Origin: Cenococcum geophilum
Lineage: Eukaryota
Direction of reading: 5' to 3'
Length of the DNA stretch: 64,000 bases
Assembly (NCBI GenBank): GCA_050273025.1
Contig: CP158635.1
Coordinates: 806,001-870,000 of the forward strand
A program made the translations under genes and the position numbers. Positions within the stretch are counted from its first letter, which is position 1. Each line of letters opens with the position of its first letter. Positions 38,269-52,923 of this stretch are shown here, one piece after another. The notes under the pieces were generated by a model. The model saw only the letters and a list, made by a program, of their open reading frames with translations. It was not told where the DNA came from and made no database searches.

Positions 38269-41200
38269 TATAACGCTATATTAGTCAAGCGGCTTCCTAG
38301 GTAGGTTAGCGCCTAATATAAAAGACGGCACCTAGGGCGTCCGACTATCGCGGTTAACTAAAATAGCCTAGCTTCCGCTATTAAAAAAGGGAGAATCTTC
38401 TTCCATACTCTATATTGATCTTTTTAGTATCTATTTTGCTTAAGTAATTCTATTTAACTAACGACATTATCCATCCTGTCTATTCTTAGTAATTCTGTCT
38501 AATTATTTATTAACTTTAACTTCCATAACTCTAAATAACCATTTAACTGCAGCCCATTCTAGGTACACTATATAAATACTAAAGAATTATATAGCTTTAA
38601 GGGATTGGGGTAAAAGGCTAATATTTTCTTAGTCTGTAAAACAGTTAGGGCGTAGAATATACCTATATAGTAGCTCCTAACCTTAATAAATATGGGTTTA
38701 GCGAATGTTATAAGGAAAATCTCTTTACGTTTATTTTTAAATTTCCACTTCTAGTTGTAATCTATACCTTTTTTTAAAGCTATTTAATACGCTGTCTTAT
38801 ATAGGAAACTAAGATATAAAAGAGAGAGTAAAAGACTAAGGGAATTTTAGGCTGATAAAAATGGGTTGCCTTACTAAGATATAAAATATAGTAAACAACC
38901 AATCTAAAGTTAGATTAGTTAAAACGAATTAAGCTAAATAGCAATAATTGAATTAGCGGATAATACTGCTAATACTACTAGTAGTGCGGCATATTTCTGT
39001 TCCCCGTTAAGCTTAAACCTTAGGTAAGTTTTTTTTACGTAAGTTATACAAATAGTATAACGGTGGCCTTTTATGGTTTATTTGCGAAAGTTTATATATA
39101 AAGGGCGGCTAAAGAATATAGCATAGACCATTGCTATAATAGGGTCGCCATAGGTAATAGGTAAAATTGATGCCGCTTTAGGAGTAACAAGGACCGGTAA
39201 ATACCTGTCTTAAAAAGCGGTAAGATTAAATTAAGGGCGAGAATGCTACAGATAAGGTCCCTAGGGAGGTTATACTTCGCCTTACTCTCCAGCCATACTC
39301 CAGGCGCTATTAGTATTGCGATATTATATTCTAGGGAAAAATAAGATTTATTCCTTAATAGGAATAGAGATAGGGTAGGAAAATATCTTACTAATCCGAA
39401 CACTTAGTCCTTAAGATTTAAGGCCAGCCACTATTTAGAGCTTTAGGTCTTCTAAGTATATAAAAGGGTATAAACAAGCACTTGAAGCCGCAACCGCTGC
39501 CGCAACTTTAGGCCCGCCAATGTACCCGGCTATTAAGATTCTAAGACTTACCCCTATACCAGTTAAAGCCGCATCACGAAGCACTTTTATAAAATCTTAA
39601 TTAAGCTTTATTATACGCTCCCCTAAATTACCTAAGGCTAATTCTCTATCTTATATATATAGAATATAATTAAACTAGCTCTTACACCAGACCGGGCGTC
39701 TATTATGCTTAAATTATGCCAAGATCTCAGTACTATAGTTACTAGTCCCGCGGAGGTAGTCTAAATATTAAGTTATATAATTTCTGCGCTTAGAGGATTA
39801 GCTGAAATAAACACCAATTGTCTTAATAAACTATAACTTCGTTAATTTCGCTTAGTAATCATGCGGATAATAGACTTACTTTAACTTTTCCTAGCTCCGG
39901 CTCTAAAAACTCATTAAATTTATATAAAGAAGCCTTATCTGCTTTAGAAATGTTCTCTCTGTCTTTAGGGACCCAACGACCCGGGAACATTATATTGGTC
40001 ATTTGTTCCATAATATACTCTAATAAAGATAAAATATATACGTTTAGGCGTACTTTAAGTATAGGTACTAAACAAAGAAGTTAGTAGCTTATAATAAGTA
40101 ATAAAGGGGTGTAATATACCTCTAGAGACTGTATATTAGTATAGTCCTTTAGTTATATTTATATATTGTTAATAAAACCTAGAATAGCTACGCGACTAGC
40201 TGTATACGTATACTGCATAATAAAGGCGGTTTGGCCTTAGTAATGAGAGGTAAGAGTATATATAGATTTAAATTAGGTTGCGATACAGTGTAAATCTAAC
40301 GGTGTTAACCTATTATAGTAGGTAGGCGGAGATAGCTTTGGGTAGTATATTCTAGTCTAAGTAGTAAAGTATCTATAGCTCTATACGTAACAAAGACTAC
40401 CGCTAGTAGCTTAGGGTATATTAATTAGGAACAAGAGGCGTTATAAAAAGTAGGAGGAAGGTGCTATAAAGTAGGTGCTTTAATAATTAACGGGGGCGTA
40501 AGTTAGAATTAGGGTACTAGGCAGATTAAGCGTTATAACTAACATATTAGTAGCCTATTATAAATAGCTTTTTAGCTTTATAGTAATATAATTATTTAAG
40601 GGCTTACCGGATGTCTTAGCCTACTATAAAAGATATAGCAGCTTATAAATATATTAAAAGAGGTTACTTAAGGTTTGTTTTACTAAGCACTAAATAGTAG
40701 CACGTATACTAACGCCACGTGAAATTATCCGTTCTGCCCCTCTAGAAAGTCTAGGCCGCCACTAAATAATCATACTTACCCCTCCCTTTTCCCTTTTTAA
40801 TAAAGGCCGCGCCTATCCTCTATAATCTATACTATAAAAAACCCATCTCAAATAGGAGGCTATCCCTAGATTAGGGCTAATTTTAGTAGAATTAGGGAAA
40901 GAGCTAAAGGATAAGTAGAAAGAGAGCAATAAAGATATAAAGATATACCTAGATAAACTTTTACCTCCCCTTATAGAGCTTATATAAAAAGTAGCGGATC
41001 TTTACTAGGTAAATTAAAAAGAAAATTATATCTTACGCTTTTACTAAAATGGTTATAGATTTGGCGGAAAGAAGTTAACTTCATTTAAGTAAAAAATAAA
41101 TTATTTTACTTTCTCCTCTCTATTGGCTTAATCAACTTAATTCCTATATAGGCGCTAGATGGTATACTAAAAGTTAAAAAATAACGTTTTAAAGTAGGAG

Positions 41201-41679
41201 AAATAACGTATATTATAAAGGGAGTTAATATATCTCTAGCTATAGAATTTCTCTTTCTTCGCTAAGCTAAGGAAGAAGATTATTAGGCTTAGGTAAAAGG
41301 TAATCTAAGGAAATAGCATGCATTCTTATAAAATTAAAGTCTATATTCTTATCTAATAGAAGACTTAGAGGCTAATCGTAATAATATCCCCTTATTGTCC
41401 CTAAGTTGTAGTTTAATACCAGAAGTAAACTTTAAGGTATATTAAGCTCCGTATTTAGATTAACTCTTTACATCTAAATTATTCCTTTATTTATATTAGA
41501 TGGCGTTTTTAAAGGTTAAATATTCTAGTAAGATATGGAAGAATAGGATAAGTAAGACTGCATATTATTTCAGGCTTTGCCGTTAAAATAGTAAAGAGAG
41601 TTGGTAGTAATAATAGGATTTATAGCTAATAGAGTAGGTTAGCAGCAGTATTTTATACTTCCTTAGTGAAATACCATAA

Positions 41680-43250
41680 GGAGAGTAGAAGTACGTACTA
41701 TTAAATAAAGCAGTTATAACATCAGATAGTAAACTTATTAGCTTTATATCTTGCGTTTCTTATATCTGCTCTTAAAGCTGATCCAAGAGATTAGAGCCCT
41801 TATTATCCGCCATCTTGTCGTCCGCTATCTCGTTATCCGCTACTACATCATCCGTTATCTGGTCGTCCGCCACTACGTTATCTATTATCTTATCGTCCGC
41901 CTCGCTATTGTTTATTTCTATAATAAGGTTAAAATTTAAAGGATTATCCTAGTGGTATATTTAAAGGTTCTCCTTTACAACCTCTTCGTTATATTTTATA
42001 ATGCGGTATAATTTTAATAAGTTATAGGTATTACTAGTAATTTCTAGTAATAAACAGATAGGGTAAAACGGTCTCCATCCTTAAATCTTAGTAAATAGTT
42101 TAATATATTTAGGACGTCCTAGGTATTTTTTAAATTCGGAGGAGGTATCTTAAAGATAATCTATAAAAATTTAGTACCTTTTAAACGGTAATGCGCCTAA
42201 CCGTATTAGTAATCTCCTAAGGTATAAGTAAAATTACGTACATAAAACGAAGATTTTAGAACTCCTATGGCCCCAACCTTTTTAGTATAACTTTAAAATC
42301 TGCTAGGATATTTAGAGCGCGCCCTAATAAAGACGTACTAGGTGCCTCGCCTAAGATTTGCCAAAGACTATTTATATTATTTCCTTAACTTCTTTTAGAT
42401 CCTAGCCTAGGGATATTATTAAATAGTAAAGAAGGGTAAATATAATAGTCTAGTAACGGCTTAATTAATTATAAAACTCTCCTATCTTTTTATTCCGTTT
42501 TTAGGATTCCGTTTAATTTGCTATAACTTCTTTTAACGTAAAGCTATTATTTTCCAAAAGCAAGCCGCGGTCTTAAAGTACCTCGCTACAACCGAGTAGA
42601 AGTAATATTATAACATAATTCCGTTTAACAGATTTAAGGTAAGTAGTATTCCTTCTACCTTACCATTTAGACGCGTTAGAAACGCCTTTAGTAAGTCTAC
42701 TTAACCGCCATATTTAAGGGGGATCTTTATCTTTTTAGGGAGTTAGAGGGTTAGATTAGTGCTAAGACCAAAGTAGAGAGCTAGTTTATCAACAAGGCTA
42801 AGGCTAAGAATTAATTAAGAGGAAAGGTAGAATTGGGGCGCCAGATTAATGCTAAGGTAGAGGTAGTAAAGTTAGAACGCTTTGCTAATACTAAAGCGGA
42901 GAGCTAGGATAAGGGGCAATTTAATTTACTTAATTTCGAAGGTAAACAACTTCCTTCCTAAGCGAAGAATAGGATTCCTTAAGGTAACGAAGGTACTTTT
43001 CTTTATCTCCTCCAAAATTATAAAGACTTTTTCTGCCGTTTATATTGTCTCTTAACTTAGGGCTAAGCTTATTATACGTTAGAGGGAGAAATTAGAAAGA
43101 GACCTATCCTAAGTTAGCGCGCTAATATATAACTAACTATATAGGCAAAGCAATAACGCCATTAGAAAGTCGCTTTCCTTCCCCACTATAAACCTTACGC
43201 TTTCCGTAATCCATAATCCATTATATATTAATTAATCAGTTTGGTCTCTG
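41680..43250 (-). pseudogene. Unknown protein with acidic pentapeptide-repeat tail
   Basis: Reconstructed RHLVRLHQGAL..KGWGHRSSEIFVL; 15-bp repeats at about 41800..41905 encode (ADD)(E/V)(M/V) units. Confidence 0.5.
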
Positions 43251-43741
43251 TATCCTATTAGGGAGACATAAAAGCTTTTAGCGGATATTAATATTAAGTC
43301 TAATATCCGCGGCGTTCTATAAACGATTTGTGAAAAAAAGAGGTACAGCTTCCAAGACGGCATATCCTTAATTTAAAAGAAAAGACAAGGTTATAATAAT
43401 ATAGAGCTAACTTCGCCTAGTTTAAATAAGCATGCACGTTTACCTTATATGCTGCATTTACTACCTTAAGCTTTTTTATACAGCTCTTATTTATTACTCC
43501 TTTTACTACTTAGTATAGTTATTATAGAAAGCTTATAAGTTACTAGCTCTATTAAGAAACAAAGGGTTTATACTCTCCTCTTTTTCTATATAGCGTTACC
43601 TAAAACCCATTACACTATTATATATAATTAGCCTCTAAATCCAGTACTAGGAGGTAACTAACCCCTAGACGCCCTAGGTGCTTTCTTTTATATTAGGCAC
43701 TAACTTACTAAGGAAGCCGCTTAATTAAGTTATTTTAGTAG

Positions 43742-44199
43742 TGGCTCGCCTTATTCCTAAAGAATAATGCCTTATAAGCTAGCCCTCTCCCTCTTTCGCC
43801 CTTATTATTTTCCTTTTAGATATTTAAGATTATGGCTTCTATAGGTAGATTTATTTACCTTACCCTCTTTACTATAATAGCTTAGCTTTATAGGAATCTA
43901 AACCCCTCTATTGTTAAAATAGGGCTCTTTAGTTAGTTTTTTATTTAACTACTATTTATCTTTAGCTTGCGCGATTGGTCTATATATAGGATTACCCTAT
44001 ATCCGCACTCTCTATTTAGTTAATTAGTGTATAGTTTACATTAGTAGTTTTCGTTATATTCTACACCGTTAAGGAGACTAGTTATATTATAATCGCAACC
44101 GGGATATATAAAGCCCCTCCGATTTTAGCTATTAGTTTCCTAATATATAGTATAGTTATATAGCCTTAGTATTAGGCTTTATAGTAATTATTATAAATA
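43742..44199 (-). repeat. Right arm of the ~0.5-kb inverted repeat
   Basis: See 37733..38268. Confidence 0.95.
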
Positions 44200-45001
44200 A
44201 ACCCGTAAGTCCCTACTTTATTTAACTACTAGTATATATTTCTAATTCTTATAAACGGAAGGCCAACCCACTACTGCAACGAATGTCTTTGGAGATTTTT
44301 CTAAGTAGACAGCCTTAACGCATTAGAGTCTAATATATACCCCTTAAATACTAAGGTTAATAGTAAACACATAAAACACAAAGTTGGATTTAAAGAAATT
44401 TAGGGAAATATTAATGGGAGTGGCTGAATCGGATAGCTATACGATTTAATTCCTACAATCAAGGTTCGTAGAAGAGAAATAGCACTAACTAACTAATATT
44501 ATAACCTATAAGGCTATAATATCTAGCTTTTACGCTTTTACGCTCTATCCTCTATCTGTATATATCTTTATAGTATTTAATTATATGCTAGAATATTAAC
44601 AAGCTTAGGTTTAGGCCGGGGCTTCCTAATATTAAGAGCAGGACCCTTTTCTATCGTTATTAATCTGCGAGCTAAGCCTTAAAAACCTACTAGAAGATAC
44701 TAACCCCTCTTACGTGCGAAGCGTCTAGGTAGGCGACGCATCTCCCTAAACCTAGATTTTTAAACGTGACGTATTAACCAGATAGCGTTCTCCCGCTTTA
44801 CGTCCTTATACCCCCTATAAGGAGCTATATCTAGCATACGTAGATTAGACGGGGGTCTTAGTAGAACACTGGCTTACTTTTAATATGTACTGCGTTTAAA
44901 AAGGAGGACGGCTTGCCAGCTTAGCTTAGCCTATATATAATAGGGAGCTCCTTACCCTAGGATTTATTCTGTTAAATTTATAAATATAAGCTTAAACACA
45001 A

Positions 45002-45860
45002 AATGCAAACTGCTTATCCTTCTCCACCCTTAGGGCCTCCCGGCCTTTGTGCAATATCTTTAAAATCCTCTTTAATAGCTAAGGACCCCGCGCCCTTAAA
45101 TAACCCACAAGTTTTAAGGGATCTTATTAGTCCGGTATAGTAGATAAAAGTTATACTTATTAACTAGTACGGCAGCATCTATAAATATCTAATAATTAAG
45201 TGCCTTATATATTAGGTATAACTAACTAGAACTTTCTAGTACTTACGCTTACTATATTTAGACGCTGCGAGATTCCATACTAGAAGGGTTTAAGAATCCA
45301 GAGATTTATAATTCCATTCTATATAACGAATTCTTTTTAGAGGATACGGAGAAGAGGATTATTCTATTATACGCTTGGGAAGCATTTATAAAGAAGCGTA
45401 TATAGAAGGGGAAATCGGGGCACGTTATAACAGTAGTCAAATCTACCTTACTTTTTACCCTTATATTCAAGGGTTAACGCTGCGTTAATTTACCTATATC
45501 CTTATGCTGCTCCCCTAAGGTATATTAACTCGAACTTGGCACGAGAGCTATCTCTTACCACTATTCTAGAGCATACGTGCTACGATTATTAATGCCTTAA
45601 GGTGGTGTAAGGGAACTACGAATACAATTAAAGCCGTAGAACAAAACTGCTACTATCTTAAAGGCAAAAATGGTGCAATTTTACTAGGGAGCTACTGCTA
45701 CTTACGCGGTATAACGGCCAATCTAATCACTTGGGGTGGTTTTACGTCTCCTATACCTGTTCTAACTCCTATTCCTTCTTAAGAGAAGTTATATTAGGGG
45801 TCGGAAGAAGATAGGAAGCTAGTCTTAAAGGGAGATATAGAGTTAGAGGAGATGATCTAA
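45002..45860 (+). pseudogene. Protein with probable tandem fungal ubiquitin-like domains
   Basis: IKVILI(D)QYG..(P)..CL.Y [intron] TLRDSILEGF..FFLEDTEKRII..AWEAF resembles the fungal ubiquitin-like pattern (DAxGR..P...C..W...G.II.P..W). A second weaker unit has an intron at the equivalent position. Confidence 0.45.
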
Positions 45861-46599
45861 AAAGTAGATATGTTTTACATTCTTCTAACTTAATTAATTA
45901 CTTACTAATATTAATTCATTTCTAATTCTTAGACTGTTAAATTAGTTAGGGGTATAACTATCTTTTTTTAATATAGGACCCAGTTATAATATAAAACGCT
46001 TATAAAGTATAAGCTATATAACCGAGCATCTAATAACCTAGCGTACGCTAGTAATTACAATAGTAAAGTAGCCAGATTTAGGCCGAATGGTATAAAAGTA
46101 GTCGTTATGCAATGCATACGCCATAAGCTTACCCCTACTATAGACTTTAAGACAAGCAGCAGTAATCCATTTACATTTATAGCTAGCTATCTTAATTTAG
46201 ATCAGTGCGTTCCATTTTAGACGCCAGCTTAAATGCCATATCCCTTCTCCTTGCATATAGGAATAACAAAGTGGCTTATTATAAAGGCTTTTTTTTAGGA
46301 GGGGGGAATTAGAATAAGGCACGTATAACCTAGGCTATTATAATAGAAGCGGACTGGGAGTAATTATCGCGTTTAGAATAGCTTACGTATAAGAGACGTG
46401 GCGCTATATATATAAACTTGCATAAAGGTATATATTAAGCCCGCTTCTTCTTTAATCTAATTAACGAAATAATTAGCTATATAAAAGCTAACTATTCTAG
46501 CAATCTAAATAAAATGGTATATTAAGCAGCAAGAGTAATTTAAGAAAGGACTAACACTCTAGCATTAAGCCCGAACAGTCCTTTAGTATATTATTAGCA

Positions 46600-47800
46600 C
46601 TTAAGTTAGTAGGAATGTATAACCTTATAACCAAAATACTAAATAAAACGAAATAAGAATAGACGCTGGCTCTTACAACAAATCTTTTAGATCTTATTTA
46701 GCGCACTCTTACAATATATAAGACCCCTTTGCTTAATTTAATACCTACTACTCCTACGACTTATAATAAGAACCTTCTATAGGAGTTAGTACGAACCACA
46801 GCTGAAAAAATTGAAAAGATACTTAAAGACAAACAAAGCTTTAATGTAAAGAATGTCTAAGAAGTCCTAACTTCCATAGAGCGGGATTTTAAACCCGCTA
46901 ATAGAATAATCTTAGTTATTAAGGATGCACCTAGAGGAGCGCTTTACTTTAATACTCTACGCTAGGCTATGTTGGATAATCAGCCAGATCTAGCTCTTAT
47001 CTGTATAATAGGGCTTTCCTACTCCCCGGTATTTAAACTCTAGCGGCTAAATTACTCTAAATACCTAGGGGATATATTGGTAGACTTCTAGCTCTAAGCC
47101 TTTGACGCTTTCTTAAGGGGCGCTGAAATCATTGTTATATATAATAGGTATAATTCACTTAAAGAAAAAGAGTTTCCCAAAAAACTTCCTTGAAGATGTA
47201 TCTGTAGAAAAAGGACCAGTAATAGGGTTATTGTTAGTGCTCTCGTTATAACGGGCTTAAAAAGGACATTATCTAACGATAACAGAGGTAAACACCCTTA
47301 TTCTATAATAATAAACTGCTAATATAATATAATAGCTTACCTTAAGTACCGTAAAGAATGTACCGTAAGTCTAGGTCGAGATAAAGATATAAATGCTGTT
47401 TAGTTATACTCTGACTAAACAAAAGATAAAAAATTAGAGTATATATTATATAGAGATTTAATACCTTTAACTAATTAATTATAGATACTTCGATAGGTGT
47501 AAATTAACAGTTAATACACTTACGGTACTTAAGCCTTATTAGCGCCGTAGTTATAGGACATTACTGCTAAACGTATATACAAAGTTAGCCAACTCTAATA
47601 GTGCCAAAATGGCTGGATTATTTACATTATAGAGCTAAAAGATTGCTAAAAGAGCTGGATTTAATACTAAAGATCTCGTTATGCAGTATAGGGAGGAGTC
47701 TTTTGTTATAAGCCTTGGTATTCGCTCTGTTTTAGAAGTTTAAGTTATTAAGATAGGAATTAAAAAACAGTACTAGCGAGAAATAAACCAATTACAAGAA
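46600..47800 (+). pseudogene. GNAT-family N-acetyltransferase with N-terminal helical extension
   Basis: Acetyl-CoA motif A reconstructed as LTVLEPYQRRGHGTLLL (47520..47570); upstream LRQAMLD.QPDLA..SPVF..RPNYS.YP; downstream KRAGF. Confidence 0.7.
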
Positions 47801-48469
47801 TATATGTCTTAGGGAGCTTCCCAGATAAGAAATCCTACAGGCTTTACAATAACCTCCCGGATAAAAAGCTCTGTAAACTTAGTAATAAGAACAACTCCAA
47901 TAGCGCGCCCTTTTAGGGAAAGGGGTAGGGGGGTGGCAATAGAAACAAGGGGTAGGTGACTAAGTTAATAACCGAGTTAATAACCGAGTTAATAGGAGGT
48001 AGCTGAGTCGGTAATAAGATAACCTAATTTAGGTTAATAGTAAGTAAAGAATAAGGACTCTATCTATTTAAACTATAAGAAAAAGAAGCTATTTATATAT
48101 AAGGTAGGTGTCTAAAATAATAAAGGGAGGGGGAGTATATAACTAAAATAGGGGTAGTAGTATAACCGGAATAAGAACAAAGATAGGGTAATAGGCTAAA
48201 TTCAACCTAAATCAAAAACTCTTCTCTCTTAAGAATATACCCTGCACCGAATGCCAATTAAAGAAATATGCGATTCTATAGACAGATAGCTCTTATTTAT
48301 CGAAAATATATAATATAATGGAACTAAACCAGCCGTGAGTTTGCATATTATTAATTGGATAATTCCTGCTAATATCGAACCTGAAGAGCCCTATTGTAAT
48401 TGGCGAATCTTAGGGAAGGTAAAACAAAATAAACTATTAGACTAGTAATAATATGAGTAACCTTTACGC

Positions 48470-50099
48470 TTAGTTATTTTTACGCCTATGTAACTTTATA
48501 TAATCTTAAAGAATCTCTTTAGATGCTAAACCCTTGCTAGCGGATTGTTTATAGCTGGATATAGGGCATTTGTATTAAGGGCCGTGGACACGGTTTATAT
48601 ATCCCTAAAGAGTTCTTTCTAAACGAAACTCTTGGCTGGTAGCTCGTTCGCAGTTAATATTAGGGCAATAATAGGAACTAGAGCTGTAGACTATTATTAT
48701 ATAATTTTAAAGACTATCTTTGCAAGATAACCCTCTTTTAGTGGCTTCTTTGCAATTGGGTATACTGCAGTAAAATTAAAGAGAGCTATAAGCCCTCCTT
48801 TTATGTATAGAAAGAGCTTCTTTAGTACCCAGCCCTTTGCCCTTAAAGAATTTGCAATTAATATAAGAGCAAAGATATAATTTAGAATGTCCGTCTATAT
48901 AGCGGCGAAAGTGGGATATATTACGAAAGCCTTTACTAGTAGCTCGTTTGCAGTCGGGATAGGGGCATTTCTTTTTGTTGCTGTAAACATCCCTAATATA
49001 GCGGCGAAGAGCAGCTTTAGAGGGCAGGCCTTTGCCTTTGGCTTAAATATAGGTAATATAATAGCAAAAATATGCTCTAGAACTGTGGGAATCTTTTAAG
49101 TAGCGGGTAAGGGCTTTTTTTAAGGATAGCCCTAGGCCGGTTAATTGTCTATAATCTTGGTAAGGACAATAAACTCTTTTAAGGTTGTGGTGGTCTTTAA
49201 TATAGCCGCAAAGATCTTCTTCCAAAGGTAAACTTATCCTAATAGCCTTCTTATAACCTAGTAAAGGGCATAAATATTTTATTAGTTCTAAAGCGGCGCT
49301 ATACTAGGAAAGGATTTGTGGTCTATTTAGAATGCTTATATAACGGTTTAAATCGTAACGCTTAATATAAGCGGTAAGAGCTTTTTTAGAAGAAAGGCCT
49401 GCGCCCTTAGTATAACGGCAATCTATATAGCTGTAATAATATCTTATCTAACCGTGTTTTGTTCGTCTATGCAATCTAAGATAGACTTTATAGTAGGACC
49501 CCTTATAAATATCGCATAAATATTAGTTCCTAAGTGTAGAGCTATAATACTTATATATAAAATTTACCCTTATTATAGGATAAAGAACTTTGTCTAGAAG
49601 GCTATTTGTTTTATTATTAGGTATTTAAAAACTAGGAGGTTCCAATTACCCTATTATTAAGACATGATTCTCTTAGGCGAGATAATTAAGGTTATAAGCT
49701 GTTTAATTTAAGATCCTTAGGTTAATAAGATGCGGTAATATTGCTATTAACTCTATAGCAATACTGTGCGTAACAGCAGCTAAGCTTTACTATTCTTCTA
49801 TTCCAGGAAGATCTTAAAGAAGTTAGCATTATTAAAATAAGTCATAGCTAAGGGAATAAAAAGCTATTATAGTCTATACTTAAGGTAGGGATACCCGCTC
49901 TAGTTTTAATAACCTCCTTATAAGGAAAACGAACGCCCCCCTCGCTAACGGCTTTACTCGCAGCCTCTTTACGCGTCGTGCTTAATAAACCTCGCTCTTT
50001 AAAGGAGGCTTTAGTTATTAACCTTAGCATATAGGTAGGCGTTCGCCCCTTACGTATGGGACTTTAGGCTGAGGAAGTTTATCGGGTAATTGGCGACAT
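48470..50099 (-). pseudogene. Multi-C2H2 zinc-finger protein (about 10 fingers, mostly C-X4-C-X16-H-X3/4-H)
   Basis: Units such as CPYQD(C)RQ.TGLGLSL.KALTR(H)LKDSH and CPYPDCKRATSKGFRNISHFRR(H).DGH; ORF track 49043..49225(-) shows part of the array. Confidence 0.85.
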
Positions 50100-50204
50100 T
50101 TTTATAAAGAAGTTTAGATAGCTATGGTAACAAATATAGGGCAAGGCGTAGACGATTAATGTTAAAGAATAGAAAAAGTAGTAGGACCTTAATCTTTATG
50201 GGGT

Positions 50205-50280
50205 CCTAGCCCTCCCTGGTCCTCCCTAGCCCTCCTTAGCCCTCCTTAGCCCTCCCTAGCCCTCTTTAGCCCTCCTAGCC
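50205..50280. repeat. (CCTCCCTAGC)n 10-bp tandem array, about 7 units
   Basis: Read directly. Confidence 0.95.
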
Positions 50281-51849
50281 GCTTTACAGAACCTCTATAT
50301 AATTCATTATCGGAGGGCGGGCACTACTACTTAATCTAAGTTATTTTCTAAGGAATTAAACCCACCTATTCTTTCCCTTTAAGCCTTACTACCTAACCTA
50401 TATTTAGTTGCTCTAAGTCTAATAAAGCCTCTAGTTTATAATTCTCCTCTTAGTACTAAAAGTTGTTTCTATTTTTTACATTTATAGCACTTACCTAGAC
50501 TTTACTACTAGAGCCTTATATTATAGCCTTAAACTTGTTTAACGGAGGTTAGCTATAAGGCTTATCCGCTTTAAAAGATCTAGTATATATTGCTAAGGAG
50601 ACTTAGGGAATATAAGCTTACATACCTTAAGGGCCAATTATTGAATTAGATATCGCTATAATTTAACGGTTTGTTATGGGACTTAGCGTATTATATTTAT
50701 CTATTTTACTAGGCATCACGTGCTAGCGAATCTAGTCGACGATTATACCCCGCTAAACCTGCCCTACGTAGCTCAAATTTTAGAGCAATAAAATAACTAT
50801 AACTTTAGAGTAAGGGCTATACGGCCAACTAACAAGTATATAGATATTAAGGTCGTTAAGCGCGGCGGGCAAAAGCTCTCTCTAAAAACGAATCTTAATA
50901 AGGCTTTGCAAGCTCTTTATAAGGATAGGTGTCTCGTCCTTAAGGGAGCTATAAGTGTTAAGCCTGCTTCGCCGGAACACCTAGCCTCCTTAAACTATAT
51001 TAAAAGAGATATTGTTTTAAATAAAGTAAGTATATTCTAGAGACTTTTAAAGAAGGACTGATATTGTCTAGGCTGTCCGAACGATACTTTTCTCGGCTTA
51101 AAATAACGATTTTTTTATTACGGCTTGCTTTCCCGTCCAATCTAGTCGTAGTAAACGCATAGGCTAAGATCTAGAATGGCAAAAGATGGTATCAATTAAA
51201 GAACTTATAGGGGCTTAGTGTTTCCATTTTGGTGGAGATTAGGATGTTTTATAGATAGTTTAGATTAATAGGTCTCCTTATAAAGTAGATAGTAGATAGA
51301 TAGTAAAAGTAAGAGTAAATAGGGGCGATATATATGTGATATAAAACCTTATAGAGTCGTATTTACTAACAATATTAAGCTTTATTTGTTATTACTGGTT
51401 ATTACGCTTAAAACCTTACCTTAAGAAGCAACCAATTCCTAATATGCACGCTGTCGTGGTTTTATACTTAGGTAAAGGGTTTTTTAGGTACGGAAAGATT
51501 AACCACCAAGTGGGCGATAAAATTGAAGAGCTAGCCGGAAACAACTGTTCTTATAATAACAATTACATAATTTAGAAACAGGAAGCTCTATTATAGTAGC
51601 GTACAAAGTAAATTAATTTAAGACTACTATAGTATAGTCAGCCAGAATCTAAATAGAATACCCTTATATAGCAAAATTTCTATTTATATAAATCTACTAG
51701 CATATAGTATAACCTAGCACCTTAACGCTATACGTTTATTTAAAAATAATAGTGCTAATCCGTAGTTATGGAGCAGGAATTAACTTAAAAGAATGCGTTA
51801 TTTACTCGCTTTAGCGCTGCCGGATAATATTAGAAGCTAGTTAATAATA

Positions 51850-52923
51850 CTTAGATCTAAGGCTAAATTGCGCAATAATCCACCCTATAGCATCTTTTAG
51901 TTAGTTATAGTATTATAGGGGAGAGAACTTTAATTAACTTACTATAATGTCCTTAATAAATGCCTTTTTATTATTACCACTTAAAGTAAGTCCGGCAGGC
52001 ATTATATTATTTATAGCTTAATCTCCTAAGAGCGGCTAGTATATTATCTCTACCGGAGGATTAGAGGGTGCCGCACTAAACATATTAAAAGCCCTAGGAG
52101 GATTAAAGGGCGCCGTATTAAACATATTAAAGGGTGCCGCACTAAATATATCTAAAACATTGTGTAAAAAACACTGCGTTATTTGCTTGGTAAGAGAATT
52201 TAAAGGTACTTCGTCTAATATGTCGCTAAAAGGCTATAAAAGAGGTATTATATTAATATCTTTATATGGCTATAAGGGTAATTGCTTAGGCAGCCCTGGT
52301 CTAGACCTATAGGACCCTTAATTAATAATATTCTCCTAAACTAACCCAGAATAATAGCCCTTTAAGTAACAGGCAAATGCTGCTAATACTCTAAATTGCC
52401 TATTGCAAAGTTTATAGTAATAATTGCATTTAAATTAATGCTTATTCTTAAGGTGTCTTATAAGATTATCCGCTTAAGTAAAATCCTTAGTATAGAGCGG
52501 ATATAGGAGTTTAACGCTTCTAAGCTTCCTAGACTCCCTAGGCTCTTTAAGCTCCCTAAGCTTTTTAAGCTCCTTAGGCTTCTTAGGCTCCTTAGTAGCG
52601 CTTTTACCAGATTTTCCCTTTTTTAGAAGTAATACCCGTTTCTAGAGGTTCTGTAATTTCCATATAAAGAAGGGAATAAAATCCTTAGCCCGTATAACCT
52701 TTTTAGTATAACGACGCTTCCTAGTCTATTCGTTACCCTAATATTTAAAGATTAACCTATAATGTTTTCGAGCTGCGCTTATATTGCGATAATTAATAGT
52801 AGGCATATTTTGGTCCTAGAGTTACTAAACTAAAACTATAAGTAGATATAACTAAGACTAGGTCAATCTTATACTTATAGTTATTATATTAACTTTAATA
52901 GTGTTCCTTTTACCTCTAAACAT
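51850..52923 (-). pseudogene. C2H2 zinc-finger protein (one clear finger)
   Basis: (C)PL(C)TKDFT(R/Q)ADNL.RHLKNKH at about 52438..52506, preceded by 9-bp E/K/P repeats. Boundaries approximate. Confidence 0.7.

Noticed and set aside
40840..41630. Possible BAH-domain gene on the plus strand
   Set aside because: Only a vague F.VGE..YI resemblance; likely a gene relic, but no family can be supported.
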